Part shown: positions 19,920 to 30,534 of the stretch, in pieces
Numbering within the stretch: position 1 is the first letter of the stretch
Layout: each line of letters begins with the position of its first letter
Assembly: GCA_963667175.2 (NCBI GenBank)
Contig: CAXXXF010000015.1
Coordinates: forward strand, 192,001 to 256,000
DNA: 64,000 bases
Reading direction: 5' to 3'
Source: Candidatus Latescibacterota bacterium
GTDB taxonomy: Bacteria; Latescibacterota; UBA2968; GCA-2709665
Notes under the pieces: generated by a model
The model's database searches: none
Told to the model about the DNA's origin: nothing
What the model saw: only the letters and a program-made list of their open reading frames with translations
Made by a program: the position numbers and the translations under genes

Positions 19920-21410
19920 GTGAACTTTGTGAGTACGCCCGACCTGGAAACGCTGAAGACGCTGGCTGAAGGCCGGGGACTGGTTCCAATATCCCGAGAG
20001 ATCCTCGGGGATACGGAAACGCCGGTGTCCGCCTATCTCAAGCTGCGGCCCGGGAGTCCCTACAGCTTTCTCTTCGAAAGCGTGGAAGGAGGAGAGAAGA
20101 TCGGGCGCTATTCGTTCCTGGGTGTGGCGCCTTTTCTCGCGTTCAGGTCGTGGAAATCCCGGATCGAGGTGGAGGATCTGAAGCGAGGCGGCATTCGCAG
20201 ATTCGAGGGTTCGCCCATTGCCGAGCTCAGGCTTTTGCTGAAGCAATATCGTTCAGCGCACCTGGAGGGTCTGCCCAGGTTCACCGGCGGGGCCGTGGGA
20301 TACGTGGGCTACGATGCGGTCCGGCTGATTGAAGATATCCCCGACCGAACGGATGACGACCACGGTCTTCCCGACGTTGCGCTGCTGTTCTACGATACGC
20401 TTCTTTGCTTCGACAACGCGCGGCAGAAGATTCATCTGATTTCCAACGTGCACACCTCCGGCGATATCGAGAACAACTTTCGTGAGGCGGAGGCGAGGAT
20501 CGATTCGCTGGAAGGGGCCTTGCGCGCGGCGATTCCCGCGAACGGTGTTTCCCGGGAATCGCCGCGCCGCAAAGCGCGCGAGATCCGGTCCAACACGGAG
20601 AGATCGGTCTTTCTGGACAAGGTGCGGCGCTGCAGGGAGTATATCGTGGCGGGCGATATCTTTCAGGTCGTACTTTCCCAGCGCTTCGAGACGGAGGTAT
20701 CCGCCGGCTCGCTGGACATTTACCGGGCGCTTCGGACGGTAAATCCGTCGCCATACATGTTCCATCTGGATCTGAAAGACGCGCAACTCGTCGGGGCATC
20801 GCCCGAACTGCTGGTGCGTGTCGAAAACGGCGTCGTGCAGGTGCGACCGATCGCGGGTACGCGCTGGAGGGGCGCCACGGAAGAGGAGGACGCCGCCCTG
20901 GAAGCGGACTTGCTGGCCGACGAAAAGGAACGCGCGGAGCACATCATGCTCCTCGATCTCGGCCGGAACGACGTGGGGCGGGTATCCCGATACGACACGG
21001 TACGGGTCACGGAACAGATGGCGATTGAGCGGTATTCTCACGTCATGCATATTGTTTCGAACGTTCAGGGGCATCTCAAAGACGGCGTGGATGCGCTGGA
21101 CGCGCTCTATGCGTGTTACCCGGCGGGCACGGTTTCCGGCGCGCCCAAGATCCGCGCGATGGAGATCATCGACGAACTGGAGCCGACTCGCCGAGGACCT
21201 TACTCGGGGGCAGTGGGCTATATTGACTTTTCCGGCAATATGGATACGTGCATTGCCATACGCACGATGGTGCTGCAGGGACGGAAGGCGTACGTCCAGG
21301 CGGGCGGGGGCATCGTGTTCGATTCCGTACCGGAATACGAGCACCAGGAAACGCTAAACAAGGCGAAGGCGCTGTTCAAGGCGGTCGAGTTGGCGGAAGG
21401 CGCGTTGTAG
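19920..21410 (+). CDS. trpE: Anthranilate synthase component I
   Basis: DTETPVSAYLKL, FLFESVEGGEKIGRYS, GDIFQVVLSQR, NPSPYM, PAGTVSGAPK; GTG start inferred. Confidence 0.96.
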   Translation: MNFVSTPDLETLKTLAEGRGLVPISREILGDTETPVSAYLKLRPGSPYSFLFESVEGGEKIGRYSFLGVAPFLAFRSWKSRIEVEDLKRGGIRRFEGSPIAELRLLLKQYRSAHLEGLPRFTGGAVGYVGYDAVRLIEDIPDRTDDDHGLPDVALLFYDTLLCFDNARQKIHLISNVHTSGDIENNFREAEARIDSLEGALRAAIPANGVSRESPRRKAREIRSNTERSVFLDKVRRCREYIVAGDIFQVVLSQRFETEVSAGSLDIYRALRTVNPSPYMFHLDLKDAQLVGASPELLVRVENGVVQVRPIAGTRWRGATEEEDAALEADLLADEKERAEHIMLLDLGRNDVGRVSRYDTVRVTEQMAIERYSHVMHIVSNVQGHLKDGVDALDALYACYPAGTVSGAPKIRAMEIIDELEPTRRGPYSGAVGYIDFSGNMDTCIAIRTMVLQGRKAYVQAGGGIVFDSVPEYEHQETLNKAKALFKAVELAEGAL

Positions 21411-21459
21411 CGGCAACCGTGGATGACGCGATTCCTCAGCAGTCACGATTGGTTGGCCT

Positions 21460-22023
21460 ATGATTCTGGTAATCGACAATTACGACTCGTTCACGTACAA
21501 TCTGGTTCAGTACCTGGGTGAGTTGGGCGCGCGGATGGAAGTATTCCGGAACGACCGGATTGCAATGGACCGGATTGACGCGTCCCAGCCCGAGAAGGTG
21601 GTGATTTCACCCGGTCCTTGTACGCCGAACGAGGCGGGAATCTCCGTGGACCTGATCCGGCGTTTTAGCGGGCGGATTCCGATGCTGGGGGTCTGTCTCG
21701 GACATCAGTGCATCGGGCAGGCCTTCGGAGGCAAGGTCGTTCGGGCGCCTGCGATTCTTCATGGAAAGGTGTCCGAAATCCATCACGACGGTCGTTCGAT
21801 TTTCAGGGGGTTGTCACAGCCCTTTATTGCGACGCGATACCATTCGCTGATTGTCGAACGGGAGAGCCTTCCGGACTGCCTCGAGGTATCCGCACAGACT
21901 CACGACGGTATCATCATGGGACTGCGGCACAGGGACTACCCTGTTGAAGGCGTGCAGTTTCATCCGGAGTCGATATTAACGGCCGAAGGCAAAGTACTGT
22001 TGAAGAATTTCCTGGATGGATGA
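21460..22023 (+). CDS. trpG: Anthranilate synthase component II (glutamine amidotransferase)
   Basis: [28 protein letters not shown]. Confidence 0.96.
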   Translation: MILVIDNYDSFTYNLVQYLGELGARMEVFRNDRIAMDRIDASQPEKVVISPGPCTPNEAGISVDLIRRFSGRIPMLGVCLGHQCIGQAFGGKVVRAPAILHGKVSEIHHDGRSIFRGLSQPFIATRYHSLIVERESLPDCLEVSAQTHDGIIMGLRHRDYPVEGVQFHPESILTAEGKVLLKNFLDG

Positions 22024-22077
22024 AATCGGGGACAGGGAACCGGGTTCCGGCCCCCGTTTGCAAGTTGGGAGACGGCT

Positions 22078-23091
22078 ATGTCGATACAGGATGCGATTTC
22101 GAGACTGATTGAGGGGCAGGATCTGACCCGTGACCGGACGATCGGTTCGATGAACCAGATCATGTCCGGTGAGGCGACAGACGCGCAGATCGGCGCCTAT
22201 CTGGTGGCCCTGCGAGTGAAGGGCGAGACCGTCGAAGAGATCGCGGGCGCCGCGGAGGTGATGAGGGAAAAGGCGACGCGCGTCGTCACGCGGCACGCGA
22301 CGGTGGTGGATACGTGCGGTACCGGGGGTGACGGGGCGGGAACGTTCAATATATCGACGGCGGCGGCTTTTGTGGCGGCCGGCGCCGGGCTGTGTGTTGC
22401 CAAACATGGAAACCGCGCCGCGAGCAGCCTGTGCGGCAGTGCCGACGTCCTGAATGAACTGGGGGTGAATATCGAAGCGTCGCCGAAGACGATGGGTCGG
22501 TGTCTGGATGAGGTTGGCATCGGATTCCTGTTTGCGCCCGCTCTGCACGGCGCCATGAAGTTCGCAATCGGTCCCAGACGCGAGGTCGGCGTGCGTACGA
22601 TTTTCAACGCTCTGGGGCCGCTGACGAATCCCGCGGGCGCAACCCGGCACCTGATCGGCGTCTACAGTCGACCGCTGACCGGCAGGCTTGCCGAGGTGTT
22701 ACGCACGTTGAAATCGGAACGCGCGTTTGTTGTGCACGGGTTGGACGGGCTGGATGAAATCACCACGACCGGACCGACGCAGGTGAGCGAGCTGAACGAT
22801 GGCGCCGTGACATCGTACGAGATCCGACCTGAGGATCTTGGCATCCAAAGGTCGACGCCCGGTGATCTGGCGGGGGGCAACGCCGAAACCAATGCGTCGA
22901 TCCTGCGCAGGGTGCTCAATGGTGAGCCCGGTCCGCGGCGGGACGTCGTCGTTTTGAACGCGGCAGCCGCCATCGTAGCCGGTGGCGCCGCGGTCGATCT
23001 GCAGGCGGGTATTGAACTTGCCGGCGAGACGGTGGATTCGGGGCGGGCAATGGATAAGCTGGAAGAACTGAAACGGGTTTCGGCCGGATGA
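22078..23091 (+). CDS. trpD: Anthranilate phosphoribosyltransferase
   Basis: DTCGTGGDG, NISTA, AKHGNR, GLDE. Confidence 0.97.
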   Translation: MSIQDAISRLIEGQDLTRDRTIGSMNQIMSGEATDAQIGAYLVALRVKGETVEEIAGAAEVMREKATRVVTRHATVVDTCGTGGDGAGTFNISTAAAFVAAGAGLCVAKHGNRAASSLCGSADVLNELGVNIEASPKTMGRCLDEVGIGFLFAPALHGAMKFAIGPRREVGVRTIFNALGPLTNPAGATRHLIGVYSRPLTGRLAEVLRTLKSERAFVVHGLDGLDEITTTGPTQVSELNDGAVTSYEIRPEDLGIQRSTPGDLAGGNAETNASILRRVLNGEPGPRRDVVVLNAAAAIVAGGAAVDLQAGIELAGETVDSGRAMDKLEELKRVSAG

Positions 23092-23184
23092 AGCCGGCGC
23101 CGAACCTTTACGATATCCTCGCCCTCGATTTACGCCAGGGACGGGACTGGCGCCTGTTGGCGCGCGGAAACGAAGAAGGGGAAC

Positions 23185-23976
23185 ATGGCTACGATTCTGG
23201 ATGAGATCATCGCATATAAACGCCGCGTTGTGGCCGAGGCAAAGCGGCAGGTATCCCCTGAGGCGTTGCGGAAGCAGGCAGACCTGGTTCGTCAGCCGGA
23301 CTCGCTGATGGACAGCTTGACTGCCGGGGAGGATATCGCGCTGATTGCGGAGATAAAAAAGGCATCTCCGTCCAAAGGGATAATCAGGGAGAGTTTCGAT
23401 CCTGTTGAAATCGGCCGGTCTTACGAGAAAAACGGCGCGGCGGCCATTTCCGTGCTGACGGATGTAAAGTATTTCCGGGGCTCCGATGCCAGTCTGAAGG
23501 CCGTGAGCGAGGCCGTGGAATTGCCGGTGCTCCGGAAGGATTTCGTGGTTGATCCGTATCAGATCCACGAGGCCAGGACAATCGGCGCGTCCGCGGTTTT
23601 GCTCATTGTTTCAGCGCTTTCCCCGCGCAAATTGTCAGAGATGCTCAGCGTTTGCAGGGAGTCGCAACTGGACGCCCTGGTGGAAGTGCACACTCCGGAT
23701 GAAGCGAGGATGGCGCTGGACGCGGGCGCGGATCTCGTGGGGGTGAATAACCGCGACTTGAAGACGTTTGCTACGGATTTGCAGACCACGTTCGATCTGC
23801 TTGAACATCTGCCGGACGATCTTGTCGTTGTAAGCGAGAGCGGCATCAGGAACAGAGACCACGTCGTCCGGTTGAGGGATGGCGGTGTGGACGCGGTACT
23901 GGTCGGGGAACATCTGATGCGCCAACCCGACGTGGGTCGGGAGCTTCGAGCGTTGTTGGGCGTGGAAGGCGGCTGA
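23185..23976 (+). CDS. trpC: Indole-3-glycerol phosphate synthase
   Basis: IAEIKKASPSKG, ISVLTD, LRKDF, GVNNRDL, SESGI. Confidence 0.97.
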   Translation: MATILDEIIAYKRRVVAEAKRQVSPEALRKQADLVRQPDSLMDSLTAGEDIALIAEIKKASPSKGIIRESFDPVEIGRSYEKNGAAAISVLTDVKYFRGSDASLKAVSEAVELPVLRKDFVVDPYQIHEARTIGASAVLLIVSALSPRKLSEMLSVCRESQLDALVEVHTPDEARMALDAGADLVGVNNRDLKTFATDLQTTFDLLEHLPDDLVVVSESGIRNRDHVVRLRDGGVDAVLVGEHLMRQPDVGRELRALLGVEGG

Positions 23977-23984
23977 TTCAACCT

Positions 23985-24617
23985 ATGGTTCGGGTGAAGA
24001 TTTGCGGAATTACGAATCCGGAGGATGCGCTCTTTGCGGTCGCACAGGGTGTGGACGCCCTGGGGTTCATCTTCTACGAGCGCAGCCCGCGTTACGTGCA
24101 TCCGGAACGCGTCGGCAGGATCGTGTCGGCGTTGCCGCCCTTCGTGACGCCCGTAGGGGTTTTCGTGAACACGGCCAGGGAGGACGTCCTGGCGATCGCA
24201 CGGTTGACAGGGCTGCGAGCGGTCCAACTGCACGGCGACGAGACGCCCGCCGAATGTCTTGGATATCCGATTCCGGTCATCCGGGCATTGCGGGTCGGCG
24301 ACGGTTTCGACCCCGCTTCTCTGAGCGACTTTCCGGTAGACACGTTTCTGCTGGATACGGCCAAAAAGGGATGGTACGGCGGCACCGGAGAGTCTTTTGA
24401 CTGGCGGGTCGCATCGGCGGCCGCGGCACACGGACGGATCATTCTCTCGGGGGGAATCAATCCGTCGAACGTGGCAGACGCGGTGCGGACGGTGAATCCG
24501 TACGCGGTGGACTGCGGCAGCGGCGTCGAGGCCGCGCCGGGACGGAAGGACCCCGACAGAATCGCGGAATTCTTCGAAGCGCTTCGCTCGGTAACCCGAG
24601 GAAACCGGAATTCCTGA
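23985..24617 (+). CDS. trpF: Phosphoribosylanthranilate isomerase
   Basis: VKICGIT, VQLHGDE, GGTG..FDW, VDCGSGVE. Confidence 0.96.
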   Translation: MVRVKICGITNPEDALFAVAQGVDALGFIFYERSPRYVHPERVGRIVSALPPFVTPVGVFVNTAREDVLAIARLTGLRAVQLHGDETPAECLGYPIPVIRALRVGDGFDPASLSDFPVDTFLLDTAKKGWYGGTGESFDWRVASAAAAHGRIILSGGINPSNVADAVRTVNPYAVDCGSGVEAAPGRKDPDRIAEFFEALRSVTRGNRNS

Positions 24618-24651
24618 ACCCATCGTTCGAATTGAATCGGAGCCTGAACCC

Positions 24652-25914
24652 GTGGACGTCATGAAGGATCTGGATTTTCGGGGATACGTCTTTCAGGTAA
24701 CGGACCCCGGCGGCCTTGAAACGCGACTCGACCGGGGGCCGATCACGCTATACTCGGGATTCGACCCCACGGCAGAGAGCTTGCACGTCGGCAACCTGAT
24801 TCCCATACTGGGACTGCGGCGGTTTCAATTGGCGGGGCATCATGCAATCGGGCTTATCGGCGGTGGCACGGGTTTGATTGGCGACCCGAGCGGCAGCAAG
24901 GAAGAACGCCCGTTGAACCCGCCCGAGCTGATCGCGGAATATACCCGGAAGCTCACGGAGCAACTGGCCAGATTCCTGGATTTCGAATCGGGAACCAATC
25001 CCGCCCGCGTGGTCAGCAATCTGGGCTGGCTTTCCAAATTGAAGGCGATTGACTTCCTGAGAGACACGGGCAAGCACTTCTCCGTGGGCTATATGCTGGC
25101 GAAAGAGTCCGTGGCATCGCGGCTGGAGTCCGGGATCTCTTTCACCGAGTTCAGTTACATGGTCATTCAGGCCTATGATTTCATGGAGTTGTTTCGGACA
25201 CATGGGTGTGAACTCCAGATCGGCGGAAGCGATCAATGGGGAAATATAACAGCGGGAATCGAGTTGATCCGACGGCGGCTGGGAGGGCAGGCCCACGGCC
25301 TGACGTTTCCGCTGCTGCAGAAAGCCGACGGCGCCAAGTTCGGCAAGACCGCGTCGGGCGCCGTCTGGCTGGACGCGGAAAAGACGTCGCCGTACCAGCT
25401 GTACCAGCACATGATAAATACAGGCGACCGGGACGTGGTGACGTTTCTCAAGCTGTTTACCTTTCTATCCGAGGATGAGATCGGAAATCTGGAACTGGAG
25501 GTGTCACAACACCCTGAGAAGCGGGAAGCGCAGCGCGTGCTGGCCGAGGAGGTCACCACCCTCGTTCACGACAGCGCCGCCGCCGGGCGCGCGCACAGGA
25601 TTTCCGAGGCGTTGTTCTACGGTGATCTGCGCAATCTGAGTGCGAGAGAGATCGAGGAAGGGTTCAGCGACGTGCCGTCTCACGCGCTCAACGGCGTGGC
25701 AGAAGCGGGTCTGGTCAATCTTCTGGTGGATGCGGGCATTTCATCTTCGATGCGCCAGGCCCGCGAAGACGTCAGGTCCGGCGCCGTATATCTCAATGGA
25801 CTGCGTTGCGTCGACGTGGGCCGGACCCTGGACCCTGACGACAGGCTCGCAGGCAGATACCTTATCGTACGACGCGGCAAACGCCGCTACTTTCTGGTAC
25901 GCTGGAACCTTTGA
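24652..25914 (+). CDS. tyrS: Tyrosine--tRNA ligase
   Basis: YSGFDPTAESLHVGN, QIGGSDQWGNI, KFGKT, C-terminal S4-like RRGKR. Confidence 0.97.
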   Translation: MDVMKDLDFRGYVFQVTDPGGLETRLDRGPITLYSGFDPTAESLHVGNLIPILGLRRFQLAGHHAIGLIGGGTGLIGDPSGSKEERPLNPPELIAEYTRKLTEQLARFLDFESGTNPARVVSNLGWLSKLKAIDFLRDTGKHFSVGYMLAKESVASRLESGISFTEFSYMVIQAYDFMELFRTHGCELQIGGSDQWGNITAGIELIRRRLGGQAHGLTFPLLQKADGAKFGKTASGAVWLDAEKTSPYQLYQHMINTGDRDVVTFLKLFTFLSEDEIGNLELEVSQHPEKREAQRVLAEEVTTLVHDSAAAGRAHRISEALFYGDLRNLSAREIEEGFSDVPSHALNGVAEAGLVNLLVDAGISSSMRQAREDVRSGAVYLNGLRCVDVGRTLDPDDRLAGRYLIVRRGKRRYFLVRWNL

Positions 25915-26010
25915 CGGGCGATCGTGCGACCGCTCTTGCGTATGGATGCAATGATCCGGTTTTGAATGTTCGAAGCTCGGCAGGAAAATCAAAAAGAGAG
26001 GATTCATTCG

Positions 26011-26988
26011 ATGAAAGCACCGTGGATAACCTACCGGCCGGAACTGAAAGTACTTGATTGTACGATTCGTGACGGCGGATTGATGAACGACCACCAGTTC
26101 TCCGATGATTTCGTGAAGGCGGTATATGAAACCTGCGTCAACGCGGGTGTCGATTATATGGAAATCGGTTACCGGAACTCCAAGGAGATGTTTCCCAAAG
26201 ACCAGTTCGGGGCTTTCCGACATAGCGACGAAGAAGACATCCGGAAGATTACCGGCGACCACGACCCGGAAACGACCGGCCTGAAGCTCGCCGTCATGGC
26301 GGACGCGGGCAAGAGTGACTGGGCGGAAGACGTCCTGCCGGCCAGCGACAGCGTCGTCAGTATGGTACGGGTCGCCTGTTACGTCGAGCAGATTCCCGAG
26401 ACCGTCGAAATGCTCTGCGACGCCCATGAGAAAGGATATGAAACCAGCTGCAACATAATGGCCGTCTCCACCGTGCAGGAGGTCGAGATCGACCAGGCGC
26501 TGGAAGTGCTTGTACAGACGCCCGTCGGAACGATCTGCGTCGTAGACAGTTTTGGCGCATTGTACCGCGAGCAGGTGGATATGCTGATCCGGAAGTACAT
26601 GGACGCCGTCAGCGGGACGGGGAAAGAAGTGGGCATTCACGCGCACAACAACCAGCAACTTGCATTTGCCAATACCATCGAAGCGCTCATTCTCGGCGCA
26701 AACCGCGTGGATGCCACGGTGGACGGCCTTGGAAGGGGCGCGGGGAACTGCCCCCTGGAACTGCTCCTCGGATTCCTCCGAAATCCCAAGTTCAAGATCC
26801 GTCCCGTCTACAAGCTGCTGGAAGACCATTTTGTCAAACTGCGCGGTGAATTGACGTGGGGCCCTCTCGTTCCGTATAATATCACGGGGCAGCACAATCA
26901 GCATCCCCGCTCGGCAATGGCGCTGCTGGACGGGAAGGACCGCGATCGCTACCTGGCATTCTACGATCAGGTGATGAGGGACATCTGA
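26011..26988 (+). CDS. DRE-TIM (HMGL/DmpG-like) aldolase-domain protein
   Basis: LDCTIRDGG, HAHNN metal motif, GLGRGAGN; no acylating aldehyde dehydrogenase partner nearby. Confidence 0.85.
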   Translation: MKAPWITYRPELKVLDCTIRDGGLMNDHQFSDDFVKAVYETCVNAGVDYMEIGYRNSKEMFPKDQFGAFRHSDEEDIRKITGDHDPETTGLKLAVMADAGKSDWAEDVLPASDSVVSMVRVACYVEQIPETVEMLCDAHEKGYETSCNIMAVSTVQEVEIDQALEVLVQTPVGTICVVDSFGALYREQVDMLIRKYMDAVSGTGKEVGIHAHNNQQLAFANTIEALILGANRVDATVDGLGRGAGNCPLELLLGFLRNPKFKIRPVYKLLEDHFVKLRGELTWGPLVPYNITGQHNQHPRSAMALLDGKDRDRYLAFYDQVMRDI

Positions 26989-27056
26989 TCGGGCGACTCC
27001 CTGCCCCGGCGAGGGGCTGAATCCGCCCGGGGACCACACCTTTACAGGATAGGGAA

Positions 27057-28268
27057 ATGGCGCTACCGAGAGCAGATGGACCATCCCGTACATTGCCGGA
27101 TTCCGGGGGGCATTTCGGTCCCTACGGCGGGCGATACGTGCCGGAGACGTTGATGCCGTTGCTGGAGGACCTGGAGGCAGCCTATCGCGAAGCGAAGGAC
27201 CGTCCGGATTTTCAGGAGGAACTGAACCGGTATCTCAGGGAGTTTGTGGGCAGGCCCACGCCGCTCACCTTCGCGCAACGACTGACATCGGAACTGGGTG
27301 GGGCGAGAATCTATCTGAAGCGAGAGGACCTCGCCCACACCGGCGCGCACAAGATCAACCACGCTATGGGTCAGATTCTGCTTGCCCGGCGGATGGGCAA
27401 GACGCGGATCATCGCGGAAACCGGCGCCGGGCAGCACGGTGTGGCAACGGCAACCGTGGCTGCGATGTTCGGACTGGACTGCGAGGTTTACATGGGCACG
27501 GAAGACATGGAGCGGCAGGCGCTGAACGTGTTTCGGATGCGGCTCCTCGGCGCAAAGGTGACGGGTGTGGATTCGGGCAGCAGGACGCTGAAGGATGCGA
27601 TTAACGAAGCCATTCGCGATTGGGTGACGAACGTGGACGATACGTTCTACATTTTCGGATCCGTCCTGGGACCTCACCCGTATCCGATGATCGTACGCGA
27701 TTTTCAGCGCGTCATCGGAGTGGAGACTCGAAAGCAGATCCTGCGGGCCGAGGGCCGGCTGCCGGAATGTCTTATCGCGTGCGTCGGCGGCGGCAGCAAT
27801 TCCATCGGTCTGTTTCACGCATTTCTCGAGGACGCGGACGTCCGGATGATCGGTGTCGAAGCGGGCGGGCATGGAATCGCCTCGGGCGATCACGCGGCGC
27901 GATTTCAGGGTGGGGATCTGGGCGTGCTGCACGGCGCCAGGATATATCTCCTGCAGGACGAGGACGGGCAGATCGCGCTGACCCATTCCGTTTCCGCCGG
28001 CCTGGATTATTCCGGAGTCGGCCCTGAACACTGCCATCTGCGCGACGCGGGACGGATCGAATATGCCTATGCAACCGATGACGAGACACTGAAGGCCTTC
28101 CAACTGCTGAGCCGCACCGAGGGGATCATCCCCGCACTCGAAAGCGCGCATGCGATCGCGTACGTGTCAAAAGCCGCACCTGAGATGGACAGGGATGCCG
28201 TCATTGTGGCGAATCTCTCAGGCAGGGGAGACAAAGACGTGCAGCAGGCGGCGAAGTTCCTGGACTAG
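27057..28268 (+). CDS. trpB: Tryptophan synthase beta subunit
   Basis: [42 protein letters not shown]. Confidence 0.98.
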   Translation: MALPRADGPSRTLPDSGGHFGPYGGRYVPETLMPLLEDLEAAYREAKDRPDFQEELNRYLREFVGRPTPLTFAQRLTSELGGARIYLKREDLAHTGAHKINHAMGQILLARRMGKTRIIAETGAGQHGVATATVAAMFGLDCEVYMGTEDMERQALNVFRMRLLGAKVTGVDSGSRTLKDAINEAIRDWVTNVDDTFYIFGSVLGPHPYPMIVRDFQRVIGVETRKQILRAEGRLPECLIACVGGGSNSIGLFHAFLEDADVRMIGVEAGGHGIASGDHAARFQGGDLGVLHGARIYLLQDEDGQIALTHSVSAGLDYSGVGPEHCHLRDAGRIEYAYATDDETLKAFQLLSRTEGIIPALESAHAIAYVSKAAPEMDRDAVIVANLSGRGDKDVQQAAKFLD

Positions 28269-28308
28269 TCCTGTCCCAGGGATGCGTTCGACACAAGGGA
28301 TTGTTCGG

Positions 28309-29121
28309 ATGACAAGAATCGGAAAGCGGTTCGCACTGTTGAAGAAAACGAGAAGGACCGGATTCGTCGCATATATCACTGCCGGAGATCCGGACCTGGA
28401 AACCACCCGCAAACTGGCGCCGGAGCTCGAACGGCGCGGGGTGGACGTTCTCGAACTGGGGGTGCCGTTCTCCGACCCGCTGGCGGACGGACCGGAGATC
28501 CAGCGGGCGTCACAGCGGGCCCTTCGGCATCGGGTGTCGATCGGCGACGTACTGGATCTGGTATCGGACCTGCGGCGCGAGACGGAATTGCCCATCGTGC
28601 TCTTTACGTATTTCAATCCTATGCATCGCTTCGGTCTTGAACGGCTTGTCGACAGGGCGGCCGAAGCGGGGGTGGACGGCTTTCTGGCATTGGATCTTCC
28701 GCCTGAGGAGGCGGCCGAGTACAGGAGTCTGATGGGGGAACGGGGATTGGACACGGTTTTCCTGATCGCGCCGACGAGCCGCGAGGATCGCATCCGGCGG
28801 ATCGCGTCATACACCAGCGGCTTTGTGTATTACGTGTCGCGTACGGGCGTTACGGGGGAGCGGGACAGCCTGGAGGAGACTCTCGGCGCCAGGGTGGCGA
28901 CCATCAGACGACATACCTCTCTACCGGTTGCGGTGGGATTCGGTATTTCAACCCCGGAACAGTCCAGGGAGATTGCGGGATACGCGGATGCCGTCGTTGT
29001 CGGCAGCGCAATCGTCCGGCGAATCGCCGAGCGGCAGACGGACCCGGATCTCGTTTTACACGTCGGGGCATTCGTGGAGGAACTGGCGCAACCCCTGAAG
29101 GGAACATCCGATGGATCTTGA
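28309..29121 (+). CDS. trpA: Tryptophan synthase alpha subunit
   Basis: YITAGDP, ELGVPFSDPLADGP.IQ, VSRTGVTG, VGFGIS. Confidence 0.97.
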   Translation: MTRIGKRFALLKKTRRTGFVAYITAGDPDLETTRKLAPELERRGVDVLELGVPFSDPLADGPEIQRASQRALRHRVSIGDVLDLVSDLRRETELPIVLFTYFNPMHRFGLERLVDRAAEAGVDGFLALDLPPEEAAEYRSLMGERGLDTVFLIAPTSREDRIRRIASYTSGFVYYVSRTGVTGERDSLEETLGARVATIRRHTSLPVAVGFGISTPEQSREIAGYADAVVVGSAIVRRIAERQTDPDLVLHVGAFVEELAQPLKGTSDGS

Positions 29122-29404
29122 AGACTGGCGGAAGGAAATCGACGCCCTGGATCAACAGCTTCTGGCGCTTCTGAAACGACGAGCCGAATGTGCGCTTCAA
29201 ATTGGCATGATCAAACAGACGATCGAACAGCCGATTTACGCGCCGGAACGCGAGACGTCGATCCTGAACCGAATTCGCGAACTGAACGCCGGACCCCTGA
29301 CCGACGAAGCGGTGCAACGAATATTTCAGCAGATTATCGATGAATCCAGGCGGCTCGAACAGGAGCACGGCGAACGGCAGTCGGGAGACGTGAAACACCC
29401 CTGA
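29111..29404 (+). CDS. Chorismate mutase (type II, monofunctional)
   Basis: LEDWRKEIDALD...LKRRAE..IG.IK...PERE...IIDESR. Confidence 0.9.
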   Translation: MDLEDWRKEIDALDQQLLALLKRRAECALQIGMIKQTIEQPIYAPERETSILNRIRELNAGPLTDEAVQRIFQQIIDESRRLEQEHGERQSGDVKHP

Positions 29405-29427
29405 TTCATAAGCGGAGCATCCAGCGG

Positions 29428-30456
29428 ATGGCTTTTACGAAAAACATGAAGATTCCCACACCGGAAGCCGTGCTGGAAGAAATGCCGCTTCCGAAGAGAC
29501 TGAAGGACGTAAAGGAGCAGCGGGATGCGCAGATCAGGGACATCTTCGCACGCACGAGCCGTAAATTTCTACTGGTGATCGGCCCCTGTTCAGCGCACGA
29601 TGAAGATGCCGTATGCGAATACGTCTCCAGGCTGGCGAAACTGCAGGAGGCAGTCCGTGAAACGCTGGTTCTGGTGCCTCGAATCTATACCAACAAACCC
29701 CGCACGACCGGCGAAGGGTACAAGGGCATGGGGCATCAGCCGGACCCCCGAAAGGCGCCGGACCTGTCCGAAGGCATTTACGCGGTTCGTCAGATGCACA
29801 TCCGCGCGGTCAGGGAGTCCCACCTGACGGCGGCCGACGAAATGCTGTATCCGGGCAATCTGCCGTACGTCGAAGATCTGCTGAGTTATATCGCCGTGGG
29901 CGCCCGGTCGGTGGAAAACCAACAGCACCGACTAACCTGCAGCGGCGTCGACGTCCCCGTTGGAATGAAGAACCCGACGGCGGGCGACCTGTCTGTGACG
30001 TTGAATGCGATTCACGCCTCGCAGATCCCACACGTCTTCATCTATAACGGATGGGAAGTCAGCACCAGCGGCAATTCCCTGACACACGCCGTGCTTCGCG
30101 GCGCCGTGGACGTGAACGGGCGAAGTATGCCGAACTATCATTTCGAAGACCTCATGTACGCGGCGGCACTCTACGGGCAAAGGCAGCTTGCCAACGCCAC
30201 AATCGTCGTGGATACGAATCACGACAATTCCGGCAAGCAGTTCAGCGAACAACCCAGGATCGGATTGGACGTGGTCCGCAGCCGGCGGAGTTCAACGATA
30301 TTACACGGCATGATCCGCGGGTTGATGGTTGAGAGCTATCTGGAAGAAGGCGCCCAGAACGTCAATGAAGGCGTGTTCGGCAAGTCCATTACCGATCCGT
30401 GCCTGGGTTGGGAAGATACCGAGGCGTTCGTAAAGGAACTGGCGGAGGGGATATGA
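29428..30456 (+). CDS. DAHP synthase (class I-alpha)
   Basis: IGPCSAH, KPRTTG, GARS, GMKN, DTNHDNS, SITDPCLGWE. Confidence 0.95.
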   Translation: MAFTKNMKIPTPEAVLEEMPLPKRLKDVKEQRDAQIRDIFARTSRKFLLVIGPCSAHDEDAVCEYVSRLAKLQEAVRETLVLVPRIYTNKPRTTGEGYKGMGHQPDPRKAPDLSEGIYAVRQMHIRAVRESHLTAADEMLYPGNLPYVEDLLSYIAVGARSVENQQHRLTCSGVDVPVGMKNPTAGDLSVTLNAIHASQIPHVFIYNGWEVSTSGNSLTHAVLRGAVDVNGRSMPNYHFEDLMYAAALYGQRQLANATIVVDTNHDNSGKQFSEQPRIGLDVVRSRRSSTILHGMIRGLMVESYLEEGAQNVNEGVFGKSITDPCLGWEDTEAFVKELAEGI

Positions 30457-30534
30457 TAACGAACGGAATCGGAAAACAGGAACGGAGCCGGACGTTCCGC
30501 AGGCGCTCTGGCCTCCGTTTCCGAGGATGACTGC

